Of a DNA stretch of 64,000 bases, positions 1-10,800 are shown in pieces; within the stretch, counting starts at the first letter, position 1; every line of letters starts with the position of its first letter. The notes beneath the pieces are model-generated. The model saw only the letters and a list, made by a program, of their open reading frames with translations. It searched no databases and was not told where the DNA came from. The position numbers and the translations under genes are program-made. This DNA is from Mobula hypostoma (lineage: Eukaryota): assembly GCF_963921235.1 (NCBI RefSeq), contig NC_086097.1, positions 127,722,001-127,786,000 of the forward strand, in the 5' to 3' direction.

Positions 1-954
1 ACCAGTCAGAGATGCCAGGGTGTAAAAGATACTATAGTATTCTTTTGACGGAGAACAGGGTAAATGCTTCTGGGCCTGGTCCTTTTATATTGCCGCTGTG
101 GATTTTGCTGTTGTGTTTCCTTTATGGTAACAGAAGTGTTTCCTTAGTTACAAATTAGGACCACTGAAATTATGAGATGAATAATATTATTGCAAATCTT
201 CCTCTCTTTTCGTTACATCCTCGGAATCTGATCCAGAGGGAGCTTCTGGAATAACCTTTTCTCCCACAAGGACCATAAAACTAATATCGTTTGTGTTATT
301 CTAATTATCCTTTTAAGATGTTTACATCCAACTACCAAGTGTCATGCTTTTCTGTCATCCTGTTTATTTTCAATAGGTAGCAACAGCACCAAATCAGCAC
401 AATAACCAAATTAATGCAAATAGGTCAACCAGTGCAGTGGAAAAATCAGGAGATGAAATCTAATCTTTATGTGTCGATAGTCATTATGTTCATTCCTTTT
501 TAAGAGATGGCTGTGATAAGGAAATAAGAATAATTTGCTTGTCACAAATAGACTTATAGTTCCCCTACTGTTATTTAACCAGTGGATATGTTCAGAGTAT
601 ACTTCAAATAGTTCACATTGCTTATATGGGCTATACAGGTTAAGCAATTTATCTGACTCAAGGGACCTCCCAATCCTCTGAAAGTGGCTAGTGCTTCCTA
701 GGAGATGGCTTCTCTCGGGAAATGTTAAGTGTCTCAAATAATTTTAGATCATGAAAAATATAACAAACTTTCTGTAAAAATCATAGAGTCACAGAGCTGT
801 GCAATCATACAGCCTTTGGAATACCTGGTCCATACCAACCAAGATAGCCATCCAAACTGGTTCCATTTGCCAACATTAGTCTTATATCCTTTGAATCCTT
901 TCCTATCTGTGCACCCATCCAAGTGTCTTTTAAAAGTCGTTAAAAATCAGAGCC

Positions 955-1193
955 TGGGTGCTAAAGGTGCATCTACTAAATACTGACTTGAGTAATTATG
1001 CAATCAATTATTTTGTGTTTAATAATTGTAATAAATTTAGACCAATTTTGTTGTCATTTTGATATGAAAGAGTCTTCTCTGCTGATCAGTGTCAAAAAAG
1101 CCAAATTAAATCCATTGTGATTCAATGGTGTCAAACAATAAAACACAAAAACTTTGGGGGGGGGGTGTGGGTGAATACTTTTTATAGGCACTG
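955..1193 (+). mobile_element. Tc1/mariner right-end remnant (terminal inverted repeat)
   Basis: Ends ...gaatactttttataggcactg followed by TA (1194-1195). It starts with aaaggtgcatctactaaatactga (KGASTKY*), the typical end of a Tc1 transposase. Confidence 0.75.
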
Positions 1194-1719
1194 TACCATT
1201 GCAGGAAGATAAAAACTAATCAAAAGCATTATTTCAGTGAGGAGAAGTTTGTTTTCACTGTGTCCCTGTTGATATTTATTACTCTGTCCACATTTCTATA
1301 TGAGGTTGATGTTTATGGAAGCTAACTGTGTATTGATCAGCTGTTATTTGCCATAGCATAACAGGAACTACATTAAAAAAATCCAAGACTACTATGGTAT
1401 AGAAAACTATGTTTTAGGCTAAGTGGCTACTGTGTATTAACAGTAGCCTCTGTACTATTGTGAGTCACTCTGTTCTGGAAGACATTGTTGAGACTGCAGC
1501 ACGAATGGACATTTTGTGAATGCTTCTGCAGAAGCAAAAAGTGGAGAGCTGGGATACTATTTGGTATAACTATGAACCATGTAAAGGCAGGTGGATATGG
1601 CTGCAAGGAGGAAGCAAAATCCCAATTATAGCTTCACACAAGCAAAAAAAGTTTAATGATGTCGGCTGGTTACCAAAGATAAGAACTTTATATTAAGACA
1701 TTACATTAGTATTAAATTT

Positions 1720-2885
1720 ATTGATAAATACAAACAAATGAAGACAAATATCCGTTTTCTACATCAAGTGATACATTGCTCCTTGACTCATGTAATGCCC
1801 TGGTTAAGTTTTTTACTGTTAATGTTGTAGGGTATTTCATTTCATAGCTTTCTGTAGAAGCAATGTGTCCTGCTGATGGTGTTTGGGTTTCAGTTAAAGA
1901 TAAAGGGGCTATGATGTTCAATTTAGGAAAGTTGTATCAGCCAATCAGGATGGTAGAATGGGAGAAAGTTCTAGAGAAAGTTGGGTGGAGAGGATTTGTG
2001 ACAGATGCTAGTGGGGGTTGCGGTCTATTTGGTGGGAGATGGAGTGAGGAAAAGATTGGAAGACATGGCCATAGGATTTGATCCGATGGGAGGGCGCGAT
2101 TCAAAGAAGTCCAAGATGGGAAGTTCAGTAGCTGTTAGCAGTGTGGCTAATGAGCCAGGTTTGTATAGAAGTCTGGTAAAGGCGGAGGGGTTTCATTGTG
2201 GGGGCTCATCCGGGATTGATTTGCTGAATGCTGTATGATTGCTGTAAGAATTGATGAGTGGTTTGTGTGTTTAAACTAGTGTCAGGGAAAGTGATTAAGG
2301 TACTTGATTATGGATGCCACAGGGATTAAGCTTTGGTGCAATTCAAAGTGATTACCTACAACCAATTCTTGTGTTCTGAGCGGGGTGGATATCTGCAGCC
2401 CAGATGAATTGTTGATTAGAATTTTAAGTTTATTTCCAGTATTAGGGAAAGTTCCACTTATTGAATGGCGGTTTGACCAAACTGCTGGCAAAGATGTCGT
2501 TATAGTTCAGACTTGCAGGGATGTGACTGAAGTTGCGATGCCTGCTACAATTGGGGCACTTGGAAAGGCGAATCCATGGGCTGTCCATACGTTTAGAGAA
2601 GGGAGGAATGTAGCCAAGGGTGAAGAATTTGAAGGCAAGTTTCTTGTAGCTGATGGCGTAGACTTTAAAGACAAGTTGCTTTCATTTCTGCAAGGTGAGG
2701 GGAAGGAGTTGTTTGGTGTGAAAGGCCCAGTAAAGGGGGGGGGGGCGGTGTTTCACTTAGAAAAAATATCACGTGGAGAATTAATTTATAATGTTCCATA
2801 TGCTTTAATCGGTTACTTCTTCAAGCCTTGAAGATTCAGATTCCGATCCAGCTTGCATCTGACAATTAATAGTCTGCATTCTTCT
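1720..2885 (-). mobile_element. Highly decayed non-LTR retrotransposon ORF2 fragment
   Basis: Minus-strand remnants resemble LINE RT segments (SGTFPNT.., KLNPCGIH) with many frameshifts. The clade cannot be assigned. Confidence 0.35.
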
Positions 2886-2954
2886 TAACGGAGAAGGCAC
2901 CACTTAACTACATGAAGAGAATAGAATGGAAAAAAAGGCTTTTGAGGGCATGTG

Positions 2955-3845
2955 GAACATAGACTAGTACAGCACAGGAACTGGCCCTTCGGCCCACAAT
3001 GTTGTGCTGAACCAAATAAATTAGTAATGAAAAGGCCAACTGAACTAATCCCTTCTGCCGACACAATGCCCATTTCCTTCTATTTTCCTCAAAATCATGT
3101 GCCTATCTAAACGTCTCTGAAAAGTCTCGAGTTTCTGCCTCTACGCCACCCCTGACACCCGCCACGATCTGTTTAAAAAAACCTGCTCTCACATCTCTTT
3201 GAAATTAGCCCCTCTCACTTTAAATGTATGCCCTCTGGTATTATTCATTTCAATCACTGGAAAAAGATATTGTCTGTCTACTCTAGCAATGTCTCTCATA
3301 ATGTTTTAAACCTCTATCAGATCTTCCCTCAGCATCCAGTGCTCCAAAGAAAACAACTCGTTTGTCCAACCTCTCGTTATAGCACATGCCCTCTAATCTG
3401 GGCAACAATCTGGTAAACTTCTTCTGCACCCTCTGTATGCAATACTTCAAAGGTATACTCCAATGGCAACTTTTATTAAGTTACAACATAACTTCCTGAC
3501 TCTTAAACTCACTGACTCGACTAATAAAGGCAAGCGTCCCATCTGCCTTCATATCCACCCTATCAGCCTGTGTAGCCACTTTCACAGAGCCATGACTTTG
3601 GACCTAGAGATCCCTCTGCTCATCAACACTGTTAAAGATCTTGCCTTTAACAGTGTACTGTCTCTTTACATCTGACTTACAAGAGTGCAACACTTCACAT
3701 TTGGATGGGTTAAACTCCGTTTGCCAGTTCTCTGCCCATATCTGCAACTAATCTACATGCCATTGTATTCTTTGCCAGTCTTCCATGCTATTCATAACAC
3801 CACCAATCGTCATATCATCTGCAAGCTTACAAACCCACCCACCTG
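2955..3845 (-). mobile_element. CR1-type LINE, 3' part
   Basis: CR1-like 3' tail near 2955-3010 (acagcacaggaactggcccttcggcccac) and an ADDMTIGGV RT motif on the minus strand near 3800-3830. Confidence 0.75.
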
Positions 3846-4214
3846 ATCATGAAATGTATTAGAGGTCCCAGTCCTGGCTAGGACAAGTGACAAGATTTTG
3901 TAAAGGGATTTCAGGGAGTTCAGTGCCAAGTTAAAGGACAGAACCTCTAGGGTTGTGATGCCCAATCTGTTACTTGCGTCATGTGGCAGTGAGGCCAGAA
4001 CCAGGCAGATTATACAGTTTAACATGTGGCTAAAAAGTTGTTGTAGGAGGGAGAGTCTAAGGTTTTTGAATAATTAGGCTCTCATCCAGGGAATGTGGGA
4101 CCTGTACAGAAGATGCAAACAACAGGAATTCTGCAGATGCTGGAAATTCAAGCAACACACATAAAAGTTGCTGGTGAACGCAGCAGGCCAGGCAGCATCT
4201 CTAGGAAGAGGTGC

Positions 4215-4250
4215 AGTCGACGTTTCAGGCCGAGACACTTCGCCAGGACT
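4215..4250 (-). ncRNA. Minimal hammerhead ribozyme, core-mutated copy
   Basis: Minus strand reads AGTC CTGGCGA AGT GTCTCGG CCT GAAA CG TC GACT, with A6>G in the CUGANGA box and a helix II mismatch. Confidence 0.75.
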
Positions 4251-4591
4251 AACTGAAGGAAGAGTGAGTAAGGGATTTGAAAGTTGGAGGGGGAGGGGGA
4301 GGGGGAGATCCAAAATGATAGGAGAAGACAGGAGGGGGAGGGATGGAGCCAAGAGCTGGACAGGTGATAGGCAAAAGGGATATGAGAGGATCATGGGACA
4401 GGAGGTCCGGGAAGAAAGACGGGGGGGGGGACCCAGAGGATGGGCAAGGGGTATATTCAGAGGGACAGAGGGAGAGAAAGGAGAGTAAGAGAAAGAATGT
4501 GTGTATAAAAATAAGTAACAGATGGGGTACGAGGGGGAGGTGGGGCATTAGCGGAAGTTAGAGAAGTCGATGTTCATGCCATCAGGTTGGA

Positions 4592-4776
4592 GGCTACCCA
4601 GACGGAATATAAGGTGTTGTTCCTCCAACCTGAGTGGCTACCCGGATGGAATATAAGGTGTTGTTCCTCCAACCTGAGTGGCTACCCAGACGGAATATAA
4701 GGTGTTGTTCCTCCAACCTGAGTGTATAAGGTGTTGTTCCTCCAACCTGAGTGTATAAGGTGTTGTTCCTCCAACC
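4592..4776. repeat. Tandem repeat of PLE ORF-end sequence (3 x 44 bp, then 29 bp and 24 bp)
   Basis: Unit ggctacccagacggaatataaggtgttgttcctccaacctgagt at 4592, 4636 and 4680, with shortened units at 4724 and 4753. Confidence 0.9.
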
Positions 4777-5123
4777 CACCAGCCTCCGGGTCCAACATAT
4801 TATTCTCCATAACTTCCGCCACCTCCAACGGGATCCCACCACTAAGCACATCTTTCCCTCCCCACCTCTCTCTGCATTCTGCAGGGATCGCTCCCTACGC
4901 AACTCCCTTGTCCATTCGTCCCCCCCATCCCTCCCCACTGATCTCCCTCCTGGCACTTATCCATGTAAGCGGAACAAGTGCTACACATGCCCTTACACTT
5001 CCTCTCTTACCACCATTCAGGGCCCCAAACAGTCCTTCCAGGTGAGGCAACACTTCACCTGTGACATACATCAAAGTTGCTGGTGAACGCAGCAGGCCAA
5101 GCAGCATCTATAGGAAGAGGCGC

Positions 5124-5159
5124 AGTCGACGTTTCAGGCCGAGACCCTTCGTCAGGACT
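5124..5159 (-). ncRNA. Minimal type I hammerhead ribozyme (intact core)
   Basis: Minus strand reads AGTC CTGACGA AGG GTCTCGG CCT GAAA CG TC^GACT. Helix I is extended here to 64 bp. Confidence 0.85.
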
Positions 5160-5873
5160 GCGCCTCTTCCTATAGATGCTGCTTGGCCTGCTGCGTTCAC
5201 CAGCAACTTTGATGTATGTTGCTTGAATTTCCAGCATCTGCAGAATTCCTGTTGTTTGCGTTTAACTTCACCTGTGAGTCGGCTGGGGTGATATACTGCG
5301 TCCGGTGCTCCCGATGTGGCCTTTTATATATTGGCGAGACCCGACGCAGACTGGGAGACCACTTTGCTGATCACCTACGCTCTGTCCACCAGAGAAAGCA
5401 GGATCTCCCAGTGGCCACACATTTTCATTCCACATCCCATTCCCATTCTGATATGTCTATCCATGGCCTCCTCTACTGTAAAGATGAAGCCACACTCAGG
5501 TTGGAGGAACAACACCTTATATTCCGTCTGGGTAGCCTCCAACCTGATGGCATGAACATCGACTTCTCTAACTTCCGCTAATGCCCCACCTCCCCCTCAT
5601 ACCCCATCTGTTACTTATTTTTATACATACATTCTTTCTCTCATTCTCCTTTTTCTCCCTCTGTCCCTCTGAATATACCCCTTGCCCATCCTCTGGGTAC
5701 CCCCCCCTCGTCTTTCTTCCCGGACCTCCTGTCCCATGATCCTCTCGTATCCCTTTTGCCAATCACTTGTCCAGCTGTTGGCTCCATCCCTCCCCCTCCT
5801 GTCTTCTCCTATCATTTTGGATCTCCCCCTCCCCCTCCAACTTTCAAATCCCTTACTCACTCTTCCTTCAGTT

Positions 5874-5909
5874 AGTCCTGACGAAGGGTCTCGGCCTGAA
5901 ACGTCGACT
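5874..5909 (+). ncRNA. Minimal type I hammerhead ribozyme (intact core)
   Basis: AGTC CTGACGA AGG GTCTCGG CCT GAAA CG TC^GACT, with predicted cleavage after 5905. Confidence 0.85.
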
Positions 5910-6038
5910 GCACCTCTTCCTAGAGATGCTGCCTGGCCTGCTGCTTTTACCAGCAACTTTTATGTGTGTTACCTGTACAGAAGAGATGGTTTGCACCTGA
6001 AATGGAAAGGAACTAATATTCTGGCAGGAAAGTTTGCT

Positions 6039-6911
6039 CAAGCAACACACATAAAAGTTGCTGGTGAACGCAGCAGGCCAGGCAGCATCTGTAGGAAGAT
6101 GTGCAGTCGACGTTTCAGGCCGAGACCCTTCGTCAGGACTAACAGAAGGAAGAGTGAGTAAGGGATTTGAAAGTTGGAGGGGGAGGGGGAGATCCAAAAT
6201 GATAGGAGAAGACAGGAGGGGGAGGGATAGAACCAAGAGCTGGACAGGTGATAGGCAAAAGGGGATACGAGAGGATCATGGGACAGGAGGTCCAGGAAGA
6301 AAGACAGGGGGGGGACCCAGAGGATGGGCAAGAGGTATATTCAGAGGGACAGAGGGAGAAAAAAGAGAGTGAGAGAAAGAATGTGTGCATAAAAATAAGT
6401 AACAGATGGGGTACGAGGGGGAGGTGGGGCATTAGCGGAAGTTAGAGAAGTCGATGTTCATGCCATCAGGTTGGAGGCTACCCAGACGGAATATAAGGTG
6501 TTGTTCCTCCAACCTGAGTGTGGCTTCATCTTTACAGTAGAGGAGGCCGTGGATACACATGTCAGAATGGGAATGGGATGTGGAATTAAAATGTGTGGCC
6601 ACTGGGAGATCCTGCTTTCTCTGGCGGACAGAGCGTAGATGTTCAGCAAAGCGGTCTCCCAGTCTGCGTCGGGTCTCGCCAATATATAAAAGGCCACATC
6701 GGGAGCACCGGACGCAGTATATCACCCCAGTAGACTCACAGGTGAAGTGTTGCCTCACCTGGAAGGACTGTTTGGGGCCCTGAATGGTGGTAAGGGAGGA
6801 AGTGTAAGGGCATGTGTAGCACTTGTTCCGCTTACACAGATAAGTGCTAGGAGGGAGATCAGTGGGGCTGGATGGGGGGGGGGACGAATGGACAAGGGAG
6901 TTGTGTAGGGT
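6039..6911 (-). mobile_element. Penelope-like element, 5'-truncated copy (GIY-YIG domain plus terminal repeat)
   Basis: ORF 6432-6758 carries VIYC..C..C.LLYIGET. Flanked by 9-bp direct repeat AAGTTTGCT (6030-6038, 6912-6920). Confidence 0.92.
6105..6140 (-). ncRNA. Minimal type I hammerhead ribozyme (intact core)
   Basis: Reverse complement of agtcgacgtttcaggccgagacccttcgtcaggact. Confidence 0.85.
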
Positions 6912-9796
6912 AAGTTTGCTAATGCTGCACGATAGGGTTTAACCTGGAGTTGTGGTGTTGTAGTGGGGGATGGGGGATGGAGTGCTGTATGTCAGACCAG
7001 TTAGTGGAGAGGCTGTGGAGACAGTTGCTGGTAAGTCTGCAGAAAAAGTCAGGAATCAAAAGGTTGAGCATGGTGTGACTAGTGTCCTGAGCTGCATATA
7101 TTTCAATGCAAGAAATATCATAGGAAATGCGGATGAGCTCATTGTATGTATCAACACCTGGAATTATGATATTGTAGCTATTGATGAGACTTGGTTGCAG
7201 GAGGGACAAGAGTGGTAGCTCAATATTCTGGGGTTCCATTGTTTTAGACGTCCCAGAGGGGGAGGTATTAAAGGAAGAGTGGTGGCATTACTAGTCAGGA
7301 AAAATGTCATCATGAAGCACTGGAGAACTTGTCTAGTTATGGGTGGAACTTGAGGAATAAGAAAGGTATGACCATGCTAATAGGGTTAGATTACAGACCA
7401 CTGAACAGTGGGAGGGATTTAGAGGAACAAATTTGTAGAAAGATTGCAGACTGTTGCAAGAAACATAAGGTTGTCATAGTAGGTGATTTTAACTTTCCAC
7501 ATATTCACTGGGACTCCCATACTGTCAAAGGAATAGATGGGATTGAGCTTGTCAAATGTGTTCAGGAAAGTTTCCTTAATCAGTACACAGAAGTGTACTG
7601 GGGAAACTTAGCATCTTGTGACTCACAATGCTATTAGTTTAAATAAATATGAAAAAAGATAGGTGTGGTCCGTGGGTTGAGATTCTAAATTGGAGAAAGG
7701 CCAATTTTGATGGTATCAGAAAGGATCTGGCAAGTGTGGATTGGGACGGGCTGCTTTCTGGCAAAGGTGCACTTGGTAAGTGGGAGGCCCTCAGAAGTGA
7801 GATTTTGAGAATACAAAATTAGCATGTGCCTGTCAGAATAAAAGGTAAAGATAACATGTGTAGGGAACCTTGGTTTTCAAGAGATATCATGGCCCTGGTT
7901 AAGAGAAAAAAGGAGGTGCCTAGCAGGTGTAGACAATTAGGAATAAATGAAGTGCTTATGGAGTATAAAAATGCAGGAGAACACTTAAGAAAGAAATCAG
8001 GATGGCTAAAAGAAGGCATTAAGTTGCTGTAGCAGACAAGGTCAAGGAGAATACTAAGGGATTCTACAGATATTTAAGAGCAAAAGGATCTCAAGGGAGA
8101 AAATTGTTGCCCTGAAAGATCAGAATGGTAATCTATGTGCAGTATCAAAACAGATGGGAGAGATCGTAAATATTTTTTATCATCTCTATTTACTCAGGAG
8201 ATGGGCACAAAGTCTATAGAAGTGAGGCACAGCAACCTCAACTTCATGGACCCTATACAGGTTACAGAGGAGGAGGTTTTGCAAACCTGGGGCAAATTAG
8301 GGTGGATAAGTCTCCAGGTTCTGACAAAGAATTCTCTTGGGCCCTGTGGGAGGCAATGCAGAAATTGCCGGAGCCCTAGCAGAGATGTTTAAATCATCCT
8401 CAGCAACAGGAGGTACCTGAGGACTGGAGAATTGCCAATGTTGTTCAGTTGTAAATGTAAACCAGGAAATTATAGGCCATAAAATCTGATATCAGTTGTG
8501 GGAAAGTTATTGTGGAAGATATTCTAAGGGACTGGATATATAAATATTTGGACAGATGTGGATTGATTAAAGATAGTCAGCATGACTTCATACGTGGTAG
8601 ATCATGCCTAACCAATCTTATAGAATTTTTTGAGGAAGTTACCAGGAAAGTGGATGAAGGCAAGACAGTAGATGTTGTCTACATGGACTTTAGCAAGGCT
8701 TTTGACAAGGTTCCAAATGGGAAGTTGGTCAATAAGGTTCTGTTGCTTGGCATTCAAGATGGGGTAGTAAATTGGATTAGACATTGGCTTTTTGGGAGAA
8801 GCAGAGATGGTTGCCTCTCTAAATGGAGTTCTGTGGCTAGTGGAGTGCCGCAGGGATTGGTGCTGGGTCTGTTGTTGTTTGTCATCTATGTCAGTGATCT
8901 GGATGATAAGGTGGCTAACTGGATCAGCAAATTTGCGGATGACACCAAGATTGGGGGTGTAGTGGAAAGTGAGGAAGGCTATCGTGGCTTGCAGAGGAAT
9001 ATGGATCAGCTGGAAAAATGAACTGAAAAATAGCAGATGGAGTTTAATGCAAATAAGTGCGAGGTGTTGCTCTTTAGTAGGACAAACCAGGGTAGGTCTT
9101 ACACAGTGAATGGTAGAGCACTGAGGAGTGTGGTAGAAGAAAGGGATCTGGGAATACAGATTGCATTATTCATTGAGAGTGGCCTCATAGGTAGATCGTG
9201 TCTTAAAGAAAGCTTTTGGCACATTGGCCTTAAATCAATGTATTGAGGTCAGGAGATGGGATGTTATGTTGAATTTGTATTAGACATTGGTGAGGACTTG
9301 GAGTATTATTTGCAGTTTTGGTCACCTACCCGCAGGAAAGATGTAAATAAGTTTGAAAGAGTACAGAGAAAACTTACAAAGATGTTGCCGGGTCTGGAGG
9401 ACCTGAGTTATAAGGAAAGATTGAATAGGTTAGGACTTTATTCCTTAGAATATAGAAGATTGAAAGCAGATTTAATAGAGATATACAAAATTCTGAGGGT
9501 TATAGATAGGTTAAATACAAGCAGACTTTTTCCACTGAGGTTGGGTGGGACTACAATCAGAGGTTATGGGTTAAGGGTGAAAGATGAAATATTTAAGGGG
9601 AACATGAGGGGAAACTCCTTCACTCAGAGGGTTGTGAGAGTGTGGAATGAGCTGTCAGTATAAGTGGTGCATACAAGCTCAATTTTTTTTTGTAATTTAT
9701 TTTTTATTGAAGTTCATCATCAAACAAACATTTCCATAAGATGTATTTCAGAAACTGTACATATATATCATATAGTCATATTTGTCACAAATAAGC

Positions 9797-10800
9797 AATT
9801 TCCAGCATCTGCAGAATTCCTGTTGTCTACTATAAGCCTACTGACTCTCACAGCTATCTGGACTATTCCTCTTCTCACCCTGTCTCTTGCAAAAATGCCA
9901 TCCCCTTCTCGCAATTCCTCCGTCTCCGCCGCATCTGCTCTCAGGATGAGGCTTTTCATTCTAGGACGAGGGAGATGTCTTCCTTTTTTAAAGAAAGGGG
10001 CTTTCCTTCCTCCACTATCAACTCTGCTCTTAAACGCATCTCCCCCATTTCACGTATATCTGCTCTCACTCCATCCTCCCGCCACCCCACTAGGAATAGG
10101 GTTCCCCTGGTCCTCACCTACCACCCCACCAGCCTCTGGGTCCAACATATTATTCTCCGTAACTTCCGCCACCTCCAATGGGATCCCACCACTAAGCATA
10201 TCTTTCCCTCCCCGCCATCCCTCCCCACTGATCTCCCTCCTGGCACTTATCCGTGTAAGCGGAACAAGTGCTACACATGCCCTTACACTTCCTCCCTTAC
10301 CACCATTCAGGGCCCCAAACAGTCCTTCCAGGTGAGGCAACACTTCACCTGTGAGTCGACTGGGGTGATATACTGCGTCTGGTGCTCCCGATGTGGCCTT
10401 TTATATATTGGTGAGACCCGACGCAGACTGGAAGACCGCTTTGCTGAACATCTATGCTCTGTCCGCCAGAGAAAGCAGGATCTCCCAGTGGCCACACATT
10501 TTAATTCCACATCCCATTCCCTTTCTGATATGTCTATCCACGGCCTCCTCTACTGTAAAGATGAAGCCACACTCAGGTTGGAGGAACAACACCTTATATT
10601 CCGTCTGGGTAGCCTCCAACCTGATGGCATGAACATTGACTTCTCTAACTTCCGCTAAGGTCCCACCTCCCCCTCGTACCCCATCTGTTACTTATTTTTA
10701 TGCACACATTCTTTCTCTCACTCTCCTTTTTCTCCCTCTGTCCCTCTGAATATACCCCTTGCCCATCCTCTGGGTCCCCCCCCTTGTCTTTCTTCCCGGG
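9797..10800 (+). mobile_element. Penelope-like derivative (repeat tail fused to RT C-terminus plus GIY-YIG)
   Basis: The tail aatttccagcatctgcagaattcctgttgt is fused to YYKPTDSHSYLDYSSSHP. Nearly identical to the reverse complement of about 45945-46950. No TSD seen. Confidence 0.92.
9975..10658 (+). CDS. PLE-derived ORF: RT thumb/linker, Cys-rich linker and GIY-YIG endonuclease (227 aa)
   Basis: Uninterrupted frame with PCKRNKCYTC, VIYC..C..CGLLYIGET, R..EH, EE..LI..L and P.GMN. Expression is unknown. Confidence 0.6.
   Translation: MSSFFKERGFPSSTINSALKRISPISRISALTPSSRHPTRNRVPLVLTYHPTSLWVQHIILRNFRHLQWDPTTKHIFPSPPSLPTDLPPGTYPCKRNKCYTCPYTSSLTTIQGPKQSFQVRQHFTCESTGVIYCVWCSRCGLLYIGETRRRLEDRFAEHLCSVRQRKQDLPVATHFNSTSHSLSDMSIHGLLYCKDEATLRLEEQHLIFRLGSLQPDGMNIDFSNFR

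Larger units (their letters stand above)
4114..5970. mobile_element. Penelope-like element, complex rearranged insertion (segments on both strands)
   Basis: GIY-YIG motif GVIYCVRCSRCGLLYIGETRRRL in ORF 5216-5581 and several terminal-repeat copies. Flanked by 14-bp direct repeat ACCTGTACAGAAGA (4100-4113, 5971-5984). Confidence 0.92.

Noticed and set aside
4592..4776. Regularly spaced repeats resembling a CRISPR array
   Set aside because: The units are contiguous with no unique spacers, they derive from the PLE ORF end, and the context is eukaryotic.
4074..6445. Many 60-160 aa Gly/Arg- or Pro/Ser-rich ORFs repeated at several loci
   Set aside because: They are incidental frames over the purine/pyrimidine-skewed PLE UTR and recur only because the repeat recurs.
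8512..9021. Functional reverse transcriptase gene or retron-like system
   Set aside because: It is a fragment of a CR1 ORF2 with stops and frameshifts on both sides. No intact RT of any family was found in the window.
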